From the NCBI GenBank assembly GCA_028534125.1, contig CM052816.1:7380001-7444000 (forward strand): 64,000 nucleotides of DNA. The letters run 5' to 3'. This document shows, in pieces, positions 13,620 to 25,536 of the stretch. The DNA is from Lama glama. Taxonomy: Eukaryota. Every line of letters begins with the position of its first letter. Position 1 is the stretch's first letter. Both the position numbers and the translations under genes were made by a program. The notes below the pieces were generated by a model. The model did not search any database and had not been told where the DNA came from. It saw nothing but the letters and a program-made list of their open reading frames with translations.

Positions 13620-14200
13620 TTCACTTGTTAATTCATTCATCCACTTACTGAACAAGTATCAACTGAGTCCTTAATATAAACAAAGCACCACGCTAGGTGC
13701 TGGGGAGATAAAGGTGAATAAAATAGGCATGATCCCTACCTTGATGGAGTTTTACGACCTAGCAGTAGAGATAGAAAATACGTAAGAAAAAGAGATAGAA
13801 AATAATAAGAAAAGAAGTAAATGAATAATTATGTATTAGGGTAAGAGCTACAGGTGAAAACCTGTCTGAAGAGGTGAAGTTTAAGCCAGGATCTGAAGGT
13901 CAAGAGCCAACTAGTTGAAGAGATGTGGAAACGGTACCAGCAAAAGGCCACGGAGTGGGAAGAGCCCTGAGTACTCAGGTAGCTGGCGAAACATCCTGAG
14001 TGAGGAGGAAGAGACGTAGAAGGAAAGAAAGGAAGGGTATGCTGGAGCCAATCATGTGCTAGAATGTTATCCTAAGAGCAGAGAGGAAAGCCTCATAATG
14101 TCCTAAGCAGAGGAAGGGCATGATATAATCAATAATTTTAGAAAGATCGCTTCAGCTGCTTCAAAGACCATAGATTAGAAGGCCAAGAGAAGAAGAGATT
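13620..14200 (-). mobile_element. LINE-2 3' fragment
   Basis: ttcattcatccacttactgaacaagtatcaactgag.. L2 tail in antisense. Confidence 0.65.
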
Positions 14201-14613
14201 CATTCCATGGGGAACGGGATGGCCAGTACTGAGCAGAGTGTTTAGTGTCCAGATCAAGTCAGAATTTGCGGGCAGGGGACAGAGACTTCCTTCTCCAAGT
14301 AGATGAGATTGAGCAGCAGATAATGGGATAGGGAAGCCAAGGCAGGCCCTCAGCTCCATAACTACCTGGACACAGAGGTTCTGCCTGGAAACATACCTGG
14401 ACACAGGTGAACACAGGTGTCAGGGCATTCCTGCCCCTTCTTGAGCTGGAGGAGGTTTGAGGCTGCCACAAGGCTTTCTGCCTGCAGCTATGGGCAGCAA
14501 GGGCATCCAGGCAAGAGGGGTGAGGCAGAGGCTAATAACACCAGCACACTGGGTGGCCCCATATTTTCTCTGCCTTCTCTCTTTATAACAAATCATCTTT
14601 TCCCAACACCCAG

Positions 14614-14696
14614 GTACAATCATGTTCTTCTTCCTGTTTATGGACCAGCTGAGATTCTGGTTGTTCCTCATGTTTGTGGTAGATAACTGTGAACAG
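14614..14696 (+). pseudogene. SLC36 pseudogene, exon 5 remnant
   Basis: cccag|G-Y..MFFFLFMDQLRFWLFLMFVVDNCEQ|gtaggg vs SLC36A3 [29 protein letters not shown]. 83 nt. Confidence 0.8.
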
Positions 14697-15224
14697 GTAG
14701 GGCAGAGCCCTGGTGTAGAAATAAAAGGTGACAGGAGGTATCCCAGCTTGAGCTTTGAGCAGCTCCCTCCAAATCAACCTAGTTAGTGAAAGCCTAAACA
14801 ACTCAGCTTTCGCTTTGGACCCTCTAAGGCCTTATCTCAAAGCAGCGTCATATAAAACTGAGCATACCTTGTCTACTTGAGAATTTTCAAGGTCTCCCTT
14901 TTGGACAAGATATATTCTAATCTGGCTCATAAGACTCTGAGTAACCTGGTCCCCATCTACCCTCCAGTGTGATCTTCCACTCTTCTCCTGTGCTCTGACA
15001 CATCTGAGCTATCTGCTGCTCCCAAATATATCCAGCTTTCCCACCCCTGAGCCTTTACTTCTGCTCTTCTTCCCACATGCAGTGTCCGGCCTCCTTCCAC
15101 CTCCTCCTCCTTCCTCTCTTCCTCCCTCCCTCTCTCTCTTTCTGTATCTAAATCATGACCATTCTAAATGCCCACCTCCTATGGATATTGTTCCCTGATC
15201 CTCATTGCAGAATCACCACCACCA

Positions 15225-16085
15225 TTAGTTTATAATATATAAGTTTCATGTATACAACATTAGGCTTTGACTTCTGCTCACCACCGAAAGTTTGGTTTCC
15301 ATGAATCACCATACAGTGGACCCCCTTTACCCATTTCACCCTCCCCAAACTCCCTTCCCCTCTGTTCTTTGAATCTACATGTTTGTTTTTGTTTGGTTTG
15401 ATTTGTTCTCTCTCTCTCTATGTATACATATATATCTGTTCTACACATGAGTGAAATCATACAGTATTTGTCCTTCTCCATCTGACTTACTTCACTCAGG
15501 GTCCGTACATGTTGTTGGAAATGGCAAGATTCCATCTTTTTATGGCTAAGTAGTATTCCATTGTATGCATTTACCACATTTTCATTTTCCATTTATCTGT
15601 TGATGGGCACTTGGTTTGTTTCTATGTCTTGGCTATTATAAATGATGCTATGACAAACAGAGGGGTGCATATATCTTTTCAAATTAGTGTTTTCATATTT
15701 TTCAGATGGTAGAATTGCTGAATCATGTGGTAATTCTGTTTTTAATTTTTTGTGGAACTTCCATACTATTTACCATAGTGCTTGCACATAATGGCTGCAA
15801 CAGTGAGTGTTCCCTTTTCTGGACATCCTCTCCCACACTTGTTATTTCTTGCCTTTTTAAAATAATATCCATTCTAACAGGCCTAAGGTGTTATCTCATT
15901 GTGGTTTTGATTTCCATTTCCCTAAGAATTAGTGATGTTGAACATCTTTTCATGTGCCTATTGGTCTTCTGTATATCTTCTTTGGAAAAAAGTCCTTTTA
16001 GCTCCTCTGTCCATTTTTTAATTGGGTTGTTTGTTTTTTGTTGTTGAGCTATATAAGTTCATACGTGTGTGTGTGTGTGTATTTA

Positions 16086-16128
<43 letters not shown>

Positions 16129-17237
16129 CATATATTATGAATTCTTACGGATAATAGATATTTCTGATATTAACCCCATATCAGATATATGATTTGCAAA
16201 TATCTTCTCCCATTTGGTAGGTTGTCTTTTTGTTATTGATTTCCTTTGCTGTGCAGAAGCTTTTCAGTTTGATGTAGTACCATTTGTTTATTTTTGTTTT
16301 TGTTTCCCTTGCCTGAGGAGACATATTCAGGAAGACATTGTGAAGACCAGTTTGAAAGAATGTATTGCCTATGTTTTCTTGTAGGAGTTTTATGGTTTCA
16401 GGTCTTATATTCAAGTCTTTAATCCACTTTGAGTTGTTTTTGTGTATGATGTCAGATAGTCTAGTTTCTTTTCTTTTTCTTTTTGTTTTGTTTTGTTTTG
16501 TTTTTGCATGTGGCTGTTCAGTTTTCCCAACACCATTTATTAGAGAGACTATCCTTTCTCCATTGTATGTTCCTTCTCCTTTGTCATAAATTAATTCTCC
16601 ATGTATTGTGGGATTTTTCTGGGCTCTCAGTTCTATTCCACTGATTTTTGTATCTGTTTTTCTGCCAATACCATGATGTTTTGATTACTATGGCTTTTTA
16701 ATACAATTTGAAATCAGAGAGTGTGATACCTCTATCCTTGTTCTTATTTCTCAGGATTGCTTTCTATTTGGCAGTCTTTTGTGGTTCCATATAAACACTA
16801 GGATTTTTTGTTCTATTTCTGTGGAAAATGTTGTTAGGATTTTGATAAGGAATGTGCTGAATTTGCAGATTGCTTTAAGTACTTTTAGCAATGTTAATTT
16901 TTCCAGTCCATGAGCATGGAATATCTTTCCATTTATTTATGTCTTCAGTTTCTTTAAACAATGTATTACAGTTTTTAGTGTATAGGTCTTTCACCTCTTT
17001 GGTTAAATTGTTCCTAGATATTTTATTCTTTTTGTTGAGATTGTTAATGGGATCGTTTTCTTAATTTCTCTTCCTGCTAGTTCATTGTTATGTATAGAGA
17101 TACAACAGATTGTTGTATGTTGATTTTGTACCCTGCAACTTTACTGTATTCATTTATTACTTTTAATAGCTTTTTGGTGGAGTCTTTAGGGTTTTCTATA
17201 TATAAAATCATGTCATCTGCAAATAGTGACAGTTTTC
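15225..17237 (-). mobile_element. LINE-1 3' fragment with internal (TG/TA/CA)n microsatellite
   Basis: Minus-strand ORF2-like peptides (IRPETIKLLQENIG, IKLKSFCTAKE) and L1 3'UTR. Confidence 0.9.
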
Positions 17238-17990
17238 AAACTCTGATACTGATCTGCCATTTACTTTTTCTCTTGCTTAATAATAGATCATGGACTCATT
17301 GTACATAATTTATTTACCAATTTCTTATTAATAGGTATCTGTGTTATTTCTATTTTATTTTATTTTATGTTATTGCTATTATAAACAACACTGCAAAGAG
17401 AGTCCCCAAAGATAATTTTGCTCTCTTTATATTTTCTCTTTGCTTCTTCATGTTTTCTGTCATCAGCAAACAAATATTTTGTCATCATCAAAAAAAACTT
17501 TAGTTGAAAAAAAGTGAAGTGTCTAAGCTTTTTCTCTGTCTCTGTTCAGAATTTCACTCTAAGTTCTCTTTCAGTAAATGAGTTCATTTATTCAACAAGT
17601 ACGTATTGATTATCAGCCATGTGCTGGTCATATTGTTAGCTATACAATTGTGCACAAACTGAGTAAGGTCCCTACCTTTGAGAAACTTACATTCCAGTGG
17701 AGAAGACACATCTTGCTAGTGTAAAATTATAATCTATAATAAGTCTTACTGAGGAAATGGGCTGGGTACTCTGATCTAGTTTATGGGGTCTGATCTAGTT
17801 TGGGGGAGCACTGTCTCTGAAGGCTGAGCAGTGAAAAACTAGGTTGAGAGAGAAGGAAAACGTTCTTCAGAGGAACCTGCAGTGGCCTGGTGCTTCCGAG
17901 GGCTGTTGCTTTGCAGGAAAGGCTTTAGGGCTTGGGGATTGGGACAGGCAGATAGCAGCTGAGGTTCAAGGCATCCTTTCTTATCTGTAG

Positions 17991-18176
17991 ATGATTGAGC
18001 CAATGGGATTGCCAGAGCAGATGGGTCATGAATCCCACACCCCTGGATGTCTGCATCTGTGCAGTGTGGGCACTTCCCTTCCTGGTGCCACTGTGTTCAT
18101 GTTCATCCGGAACCTCTGAACCCTGTCAACCTTCTCAGTGCTGGCCAACATCCTTATCTTCCAGCACCTCCTGCAG
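17991..18176 (+). pseudogene. SLC36 pseudogene, exon 6 remnant
   Basis: ctgtag|MIE..ANG..PTPLDVCIC..LPFLVPL/MFIRNL*TLSTFSVLANI..LIFQHLLQ vs SLC36A1 [53 protein letters not shown]. Donor lost. Confidence 0.9.
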
Positions 18177-18869
18177 ACAGTTTCCTCACCCCAGGCTATT
18201 GCCTTTTTAGGTGTGTGTGTGTGTGTGTGTGTAACAAAAGCCTGGAAACACACCCTCCAGCCTGTTAACAATGATTCCCTCTGGGGAAGGAAATTTCAGG
18301 TTGGATTGTGCTTTTTTATATACATCTGTATTTTTTGGCTTATGTACAGGATTGTCACACAGAAAAGTTCTTCCACTGTTTTCCTAATAGAACATTTCTC
18401 TATTTTTTTAATGCCCAAACTGCATAGAATGAATGTCCAATTTTTGCATACAGAGTTTTGTAGAAAATGTTTACATTTATGTCTCCAGACTCAATACAAC
18501 ATGTTTGACAAAGCAGTCTTTGGGAAATGTCTTGAGACATTTCTTACATTGTCTTACATTCTAGACACAGTCAAATGTTAGAATCCCACACAGACAGCTT
18601 AGAAAGCAGAACAGATGTCCACAAAGAGGATGTGGAAGATGTTACTGTAGACAAAGCAACTTTTTGTAACAAGCATATTAATTTGTGTTCAGTATCACAT
18701 TGTAAGCATTTATAGCCAAACATCACAGTTTATTAATTACATACAGACACTTTACTGAGTTTTAGTTATGTTTCAAAATCTGGCTAAGTGGGATTGGTGT
18801 GCCATGTGACATAATTTGTCCCATTCAAAATAATAGGAACTTGATTATCAATTAGCATGCTTGCACAGA

Positions 18870-19400
18870 GCAAATTTTTAGGAGCAGATTACTGATACTA
18901 AGAAGGGCTCCCCGCCCACAAGTAGGTATTTTGTTATCAGGGAAAAAGTATAAAAAGGACTCTCATTCACTCATCCTAAAGTAACTGGTGAACAAAAGGA
19001 AACTGTATGAGAAAGATTCTGGGAACTTTCATGGAACAATCAAACCCCAAGAAGAATCCTGAGACAGTCAGGCTTAGGAGCAGACACACCCAGGAGTCAG
19101 GCCACGTCAGGGCTTCCAGTGCCTCCACTTAGGTTGGCTCTGTGTATTTTGATGTGAACCAGCTCTGCTCATAACTCCTGAGCTTTACATTTTACCATTT
19201 TAGGCACCAGAAGGAAACTAATCTGACATTCTGTCTGGTCCCAGTAATCCAGGGAAGGAATTAATTCATTGGTTCAGCTTGGGTCAGGTGCCACCTTTCA
19301 ACCAATCATCCATAGTTAGGAAAGTGCTTATAGAAATCACAACTAATACAGAGGTGTGGTCAGGTCACCTCAGAGAAGGGTTGCTGAGCAGATAATCCCT
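18870..19400 (+). mobile_element. Old MLT1 LTR
   Basis: cattggttcagcttgggtcaggtgccacc..accaatca. Confidence 0.55.
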
Positions 19401-19692
19401 TAGACATCCATGACAGAACTTGAAGAAAGAAAAAAGAAATCAGGAATAAAGACTGGGCAGAGTTCATCTGTAGCCTTCAGTTTGGCTCATTCAAGAGGCA
19501 CACAAACTTCCCCCAGACATCTACCACGTGTGGGATCAATTAAGGAGAGACTTGAAATGTGGATATGAGTCCTAGCTGCAACTCACAAGTCGTGTGACAC
19601 TGGATAAGTCATGCTTTTAGAATGAGACGAATAATTCCTCTCTTGTTAAGCTGTTGTGGTGAAAATCTACTGATGAGAACCCAGTGGTTCTT

Positions 19693-19736
19693 AGGCAGCA
19701 GAGTGAGTTTAGTGAATACAAGTGGAGACCCTAGAG
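19693..19736 (+). mobile_element. MIR SINE 5' end (continues at 44372)
   Basis: ggcagcagagtgagtttagtgaatacaagtggagaccctagag resembles the MIR head up to CTCTGGAG. Confidence 0.5.
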
Positions 19737-19803
19737 CAGTGGTCCTCAGCCAGGGGTGGTTTTGGCAATGTCTGAAGACAATTTGGGTTGTCACTAGTAG
19801 GAG
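19737..19803 (+). mobile_element. MER20 (hAT-Charlie), left half
   Basis: CAGTGGTCCTCAGCCAGGGG..TTTGGCAATGTCTGAAGACAATTTGGGTTGTCAC matches the recalled MER20 5' part. Preceded by TSD ccctagag (19729-19736). Confidence 0.85.
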
Positions 19804-19963
19804 GGTAGTCACCACACACCAAAAAGATAATCATGGTGTTGCCAATCAGAGACGTCACGTACATAAGCAGGAATGCAGAAAATAGAAGAATTTCTACTTC
19901 TTTTTTATTCTGAAATCCTAGAAGGATGAACTCAGTGACTGTGGTCTTGTTTATGTGATCCAT
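19804..19963 (-). pseudogene. N-terminal half (N-terminus plus TM1) of a split olfactory receptor gene
   Basis: MDHINKTTVTEFILLGFQ..LLMYVTSLIGNTMIIFLVCGDY, then abrupt switch to MER20 sequence. Upstream polypyrimidine/AG acceptor at about 19981. Confidence 0.92.
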
Positions 19964-20047
19964 AATGTTCCTACTTGCCCCTGGTATAATACAAAAGAGG
20001 AGGATATGATTCGTTCTTTCATCTTAACCTTGGAAGTACCCTACCTA

Positions 20048-20547
20048 NNNNNNNNNNNNNNNNNNNNNNNNNNNNNNNNNNNNNNNNNNNNNNNNNNNNN
20101 NNNNNNNNNNNNNNNNNNNNNNNNNNNNNNNNNNNNNNNNNNNNNNNNNNNNNNNNNNNNNNNNNNNNNNNNNNNNNNNNNNNNNNNNNNNNNNNNNNNN
20201 NNNNNNNNNNNNNNNNNNNNNNNNNNNNNNNNNNNNNNNNNNNNNNNNNNNNNNNNNNNNNNNNNNNNNNNNNNNNNNNNNNNNNNNNNNNNNNNNNNNN
20301 NNNNNNNNNNNNNNNNNNNNNNNNNNNNNNNNNNNNNNNNNNNNNNNNNNNNNNNNNNNNNNNNNNNNNNNNNNNNNNNNNNNNNNNNNNNNNNNNNNNN
20401 NNNNNNNNNNNNNNNNNNNNNNNNNNNNNNNNNNNNNNNNNNNNNNNNNNNNNNNNNNNNNNNNNNNNNNNNNNNNNNNNNNNNNNNNNNNNNNNNNNNN
20501 NNNNNNNNNNNNNNNNNNNNNNNNNNNNNNNNNNNNNNNNNNNNNNN
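20048..20547. other. Assembly gap (500 N)
   Basis: N run. Confidence 1.
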
Positions 20548-20899
20548 GTCAAACCTCAGAAACACAACATCTTTTTCCCTGTAATTCTAGCAGGAGTCCC
20601 AGGGCCAGCTCTTATTGACCTGACTTGGGTCATGTGATTATCCCTTATTTAACCAGACCCTGTGGCACTGAGTGGCTGGATTACGGTTACATGTCTACTC
20701 CTGGAGCCCAGGACTTGGTTCAGTGCTGCTCAAATCATGTGAAATAAGAGTTGGGGAGGAGTGGTTCCATGAAGGAAAAATCAAAATACTGGTAGTAAAA
20801 TAAAATAAAATAAAAAAAAACAGGGAAGAAAAAAAAAAACAGGGAAGGATGCTAGACAGGCATCTTTTTTGGGGTAATAGAAGCAGTCTATGTCTGTGA

Positions 20900-21265
20900 T
20901 TCTGAAACTGTGTTAAGGCACCTCCAAGGAGCTGCTGCAAGCTCACGGGAGCACTGGGGGATAATTTAAATTTTCAAGGGAAACACAATGACATCTGTCA
21001 CACACCCCTTAAACTACTAACTTGAAGGAGTTCACAGCTGTACATTAGGTTACGCTATGTTCTTTTTAAAGATGTCATATCTTTGTGAAGTTGGATTTTT
21101 GGTGGTCTCTGATTGAAATGAAGAACTAAGTGAAAATTGGTTTGGGACAAGAAATGGGGCAGGCAGGGTCCAGTCTAATCCAAAAGTTTAAGGATTTGTG
21201 CAGGGCCTGACAGGCACTCACATCAGTAGATAATTTCGCTTACTTCAGAATGAAATAAAAATACT
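20900..21265 (+). mobile_element. hAT-Charlie-type DNA transposon fragment
   Basis: Resembles recalled Charlie internal sequence (gaaatggggcaggcagggtccagtctaatccaaaagtttaaggatttgtgcag); subfamily uncertain. Confidence 0.45.
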
Positions 21266-21289
21266 TTTGCCAAAAACAAACAAACAAAC

Positions 21290-21600
21290 AAACAAACAAA
21301 ATAACAAATACATGTATGTATTTGCATGACTGGGACATTGTACCGTACATCAGAAATTGACATATAGTAACTGACTGTACTTAAATTTTTTTTAAAGTTA
21401 AAAATAGAACTACCATATGATCCAGTAATCCTACTGCTGGGTATATATCCTAAGAAAATGAGAACAGAATCTCCTAGAATATCAGCACCCCATGTTCATT
21501 GCTCTTGTAGCATTATTCTCAATAGCTAAGACATGGAAATAACCATAGTATCTGTCAAGGAGGAATAGATGCAGACAATGTGAGATTGAAATTATATATA
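21290..21600 (+). mobile_element. L1 3' fragments
   Basis: Short L1 tail followed by atagaactaccatatgatccag..catggaaataacc. Confidence 0.7.
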
Positions 21601-23838
21601 TGTTGTGTATGTGTAAATTTATATTCACATTTTAACTATGCATTTACACTGCTGTTAAAATTTCAGCTACATCTCAAGAAAAATTGCTCTGATGGTTGTT
21701 GGGTGATTTGGCCAGGTTGTCTCAATGACTGTGAGTTTCACAGATGAAAGGAGAGAAGAAGAAAATAAATATATATTCATCCCTTACTTTTTCCAAGGGC
21801 AACAAGCCCTGATAGTGTTCAAGAGAAAATATATGCCTTCATCAAAATATTAACAGCCATAAATTTGAACAGTCCTGTATCTCCAAGGCAGGTGAGAACA
21901 CACCATCCAACAATTTCATCCAGTTTAAATAATTCTTGACTTTAAGATCTTGAGTCCTACAAAGTTCACCCAAAACAGTACGGGGAAGACACACAGACAA
22001 ATCCTATGATTTTCTTGTACTTTAAGGACATTTTTTTCCTTCATGTTACAATTACTTCATGTTAAAATGAACAAGCATAGAATGTTCTAGAGCTTCTAGA
22101 ACTTTTTTTCCCTTTTAAAAAAATTTCAACAACCTTTTCCATTACTGGCTTAGGTCTGATTTGTAGCAAACTTGGTGAGACACCCTTTGTTTCCAAAAGG
22201 ACAAAATTAGACTCCAGGGTGGTTTACTAAAACAGTTATAACACCAACTTCTTTATGAATGTTGCATTCAAATAAGTGGTTAACTATAAAATAAATACTT
22301 GGGAATCTGGTATGTAAAATGAACAATGGGTTGAGTTCTTAATATTTTCTTTAACTTTATATGGTATTATATTAACAAATCTCATGTATTCTGTTTTTAT
22401 ATGATGAGAACTTGATTCTTTCATACCACATACAAACTTAGAGATACAGAATAAAATATGGGATAAAAAAAATAACCAAATTTCAAATTTGTAGTAGCAA
22501 CATAGTGTTATTATTTCATTTCTTTCTTCAGGTATGCATACATTTTCTGACTCTTTCTAGAATTAAATAATTTTGGAAAATCTATTTAATCTCAGACATC
22601 AAGTCTCAGTATGTTTATATTATGGCTCATGGGGCATAAGCAGACACAATCAAGCTAACATTTGATAAAAATTTTTAAATGACTTCGAGATCAGTAACAA
22701 TCCAGAGGAGAAAGTGACAGGGTATTTTTGAATAATACATGAATACCCCACGAGTGATGTGATTACATCACTTAGCGATAATGGAAAGACAGAATGCAGG
22801 TAAGAGGAGCATGGAAGATACTGAACGCCAGAGAGTGAAGGGAGGATGAGAAATGTAGAGACTGGGGATATACTAATTGTGATCACCAGAATGGAGGTTA
22901 AATTTTAATATCAACTGGGATGTCTGAAGTGGGACACAATTGTGGAGAAAAGTATGCATGATTTCTAACTAAGAGCTAGAACTGAGAGAAAATGTTCCCA
23001 TCTCTACATGTGACAAGAAGAGGGAATGGAAGGGAAGTGTGTGCAATCTAGTCAGAAACTACGGCTGTCTTGCCAAACTGAATGGAAGGGCTGGGCTTCA
23101 AGGCAAAGCAGAGTCTAGTTTCACAAATTTTTGTTTAAGTAGCTGAGAAACTTTAACAAACACACAAAGCAGTAATTAGACGTGTGTCTGTGCTTGGTAT
23201 GAATTAAATGATACGTTCAGTTTTGACCATGTTGAGGCTAACATGACGGTAATACAGTGAGCTGGACTGGATGTCTAAATTAGAGACACAGAAAATTAAG
23301 TGTACTCCTGGACAGGACAGGGAGAACTGATAATGAAAAGGGTCATAGGAAAAGGGAGAGAAACAGGGAAATGTAGAGTAGGTGGAAGCTAAAATTGAGG
23401 AAGCATGAAATGAAAACATGAAGGAGAAATACCACATTCAGTCAGTCAAATAAGGGTAAGAAGTATCAAGAGTGATCTATAGATACATATCAATCTAGAA
23501 ACAGATAAAAACATACAGTTGATATAAGGATATGGATATGACTATAAATCCAAGGTAACTTACAACAGGCTCAGTTTATAACTGTTATCCTGGTAAAATT
23601 ATTAACAATTCTCTGCTGACTCTCAGAAATGTGAAACTTCAGGTGACAAAGTTCCAGCAGATAAAGATCAAGACATACAAATACAGGAAACTAATTTTAT
23701 ATATATCTGTGCATGTGTGTGTGCAAAAATTTCTCTGTGTAGGTAGTAGGTATTCCACATACAGCAATTTTAAAATGTTACATGTATTATTTCCAGGAAT
23801 TGACTCTAAAGTGAACACTGAATCATTCCCTTCTAAAA

Positions 23839-24775
23839 TTACACTTGCTGCAAATGTGCCCTATGACATAACACCCTTCTGACTGCTCCTTTCACCTCTG
23901 TGTTTCTCAGGCTGTAGATCACGGGGTTTAACATTGGAGTAATAACTCCATACAGCATGGAGATGAGTCTGTCTCTTGCCGGGGAGTGCTGGCTGGAGGG
24001 GCGCACATAGGTAAATATTGTCATGCCCCCAAACAGACAGACCACCAGAAGGTGAGACGCGCAGGTGGAAAAGGCTTTACGCTTCCCTTCCACTGACTGC
24101 ATCTTGAGGATGGTAGATATGATGTAGAAGTAAGAGATGAAGGTGACCAGGAAGGCACTGCTCCCCAAGATACCGGCTTCCACCAAAATAAGCATTTCTG
24201 CCACGTAGGTGGATGAGCAGGAGAGGGCCACCACTGGTGGGATGTCACAATAGTACTGGTTAACTCGGTTGGAACTGCAGAAAGAAAGGCGGAATGTGGA
24301 CACTGTATGAATAAGGGAATTGAGAAACCCTGCTGCCCAGGTCCCAGCCGTCAGCTGGACACAGCGAACCTTGGTAATGATGAGGTTGTAAGAAACAGAT
24401 GGCCACATACCGATCATAAGCCATGACAGAGAGAAGGAAGACTTCCGTCCCCACCAGGGCTACAAGAAAATAAAGCTGCAAAGCACACCCAACAAAGGAA
24501 ATGCTGTTCTTCTCAGTCAAGAGGTTCTCCAGCATCTTGGGGACAGTAGTTGATGGGCAGAATATGTCCAAGAGGGATAGATTTGCCAAAAAGTAATACA
24601 TGGGTGTGCGCAGTTTTGTCTCAGTCCCAATGGCCAAGAGAATGGCCCCATTTCCCACCAAGGTAAACTGATAGATGATCGCAAAGACCACAAAGAGAGG
24701 GTAGCGCACCTCAGGGAGGTCAGAGAGCCCTATGAGGACAAACTGAGTCACTGTGGTTTGATTGTAGACGTCCAT
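23839..24775 (-). pseudogene. Olfactory receptor (OR5V1-like by eye) with one frameshift
   Basis: MDVYNQTTVTQFVLIGL..LRTPMYYFLANLS..MAYDRYVAICF / YNLIITK..KAFSTCASHL..PMLNPVIYSLRN. The PLR of the PLRY motif is missing at about 24391 (about 8-nt deletion; total 937 nt). Confidence 0.9.
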
Positions 24776-25021
24776 CTCCTCTGCACATGAGGGCCTATCT
24801 GGAGGGAATGTAACCACAAACACAGGTTAAAGAGCCAAAGAAGCTAGTGATGAGAAATTCTTGTGTAATGCTTCGTGTGTGCTTGATGAGGAATTCTGTT
24901 AAAACTATACTTTAATTAGCGATTTTGATTATTACAACCACTCTTAAAGACATCTCCTGTGTTTGTCATCCTCAAAAGATTCATTCTTAGTTCCTTATCA
25001 AGAGGAATCGCTCTGAGAAAC

Positions 25022-25536
25022 TGTAACAGAAAAGAACAAATCTGATTCCGTATTAGATCTGTTCCTTTGGCTTTAACCCTGGGCCCTGTTTTCTAGGCTT
25101 AGTCTTGCCAGCCCTGCACCTTTTGCAAAAGAATGTTGCCTTCAGCCTAAAGTATACAGGAGGGCCTATTCTCAAGGCTCTGACCTTTAAGGGTATTAAC
25201 ACTTTTGCCCCTGTATAAAGATGACAAGTTGCAGAATAGAAAATAACATTTGTTTGTTAGAGATTTTTCCAGGGGCACCATGACCTGACCCACAGCTGCA
25301 AGAACAAAGGATTCCTACACCAAGAAGTTTGCAACAACCAGCCATACTCCCTCCCCTTTTTAGTATAAAAGGAGCCTGTATTAAGACTTGGGGAAGATGG
25401 TTCTTGAAGACATTAGTCTGCCATCTTCCCAGCCTTCCGGCTTTCCAAATAAAGTCGCATTCCTTACCCCAACACCTTGTCTTCCGATTTACTGGCCTGT
25501 CATACGGTGAGCAGAATGAGTTTGAGATCAGTAACA
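25022..25536 (+). mobile_element. Solo ERV1-type LTR with 4-bp TSD
   Basis: TG..CA termini, TATAAAA, AATAAA, TSD aaac on both sides. Confidence 0.88.
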
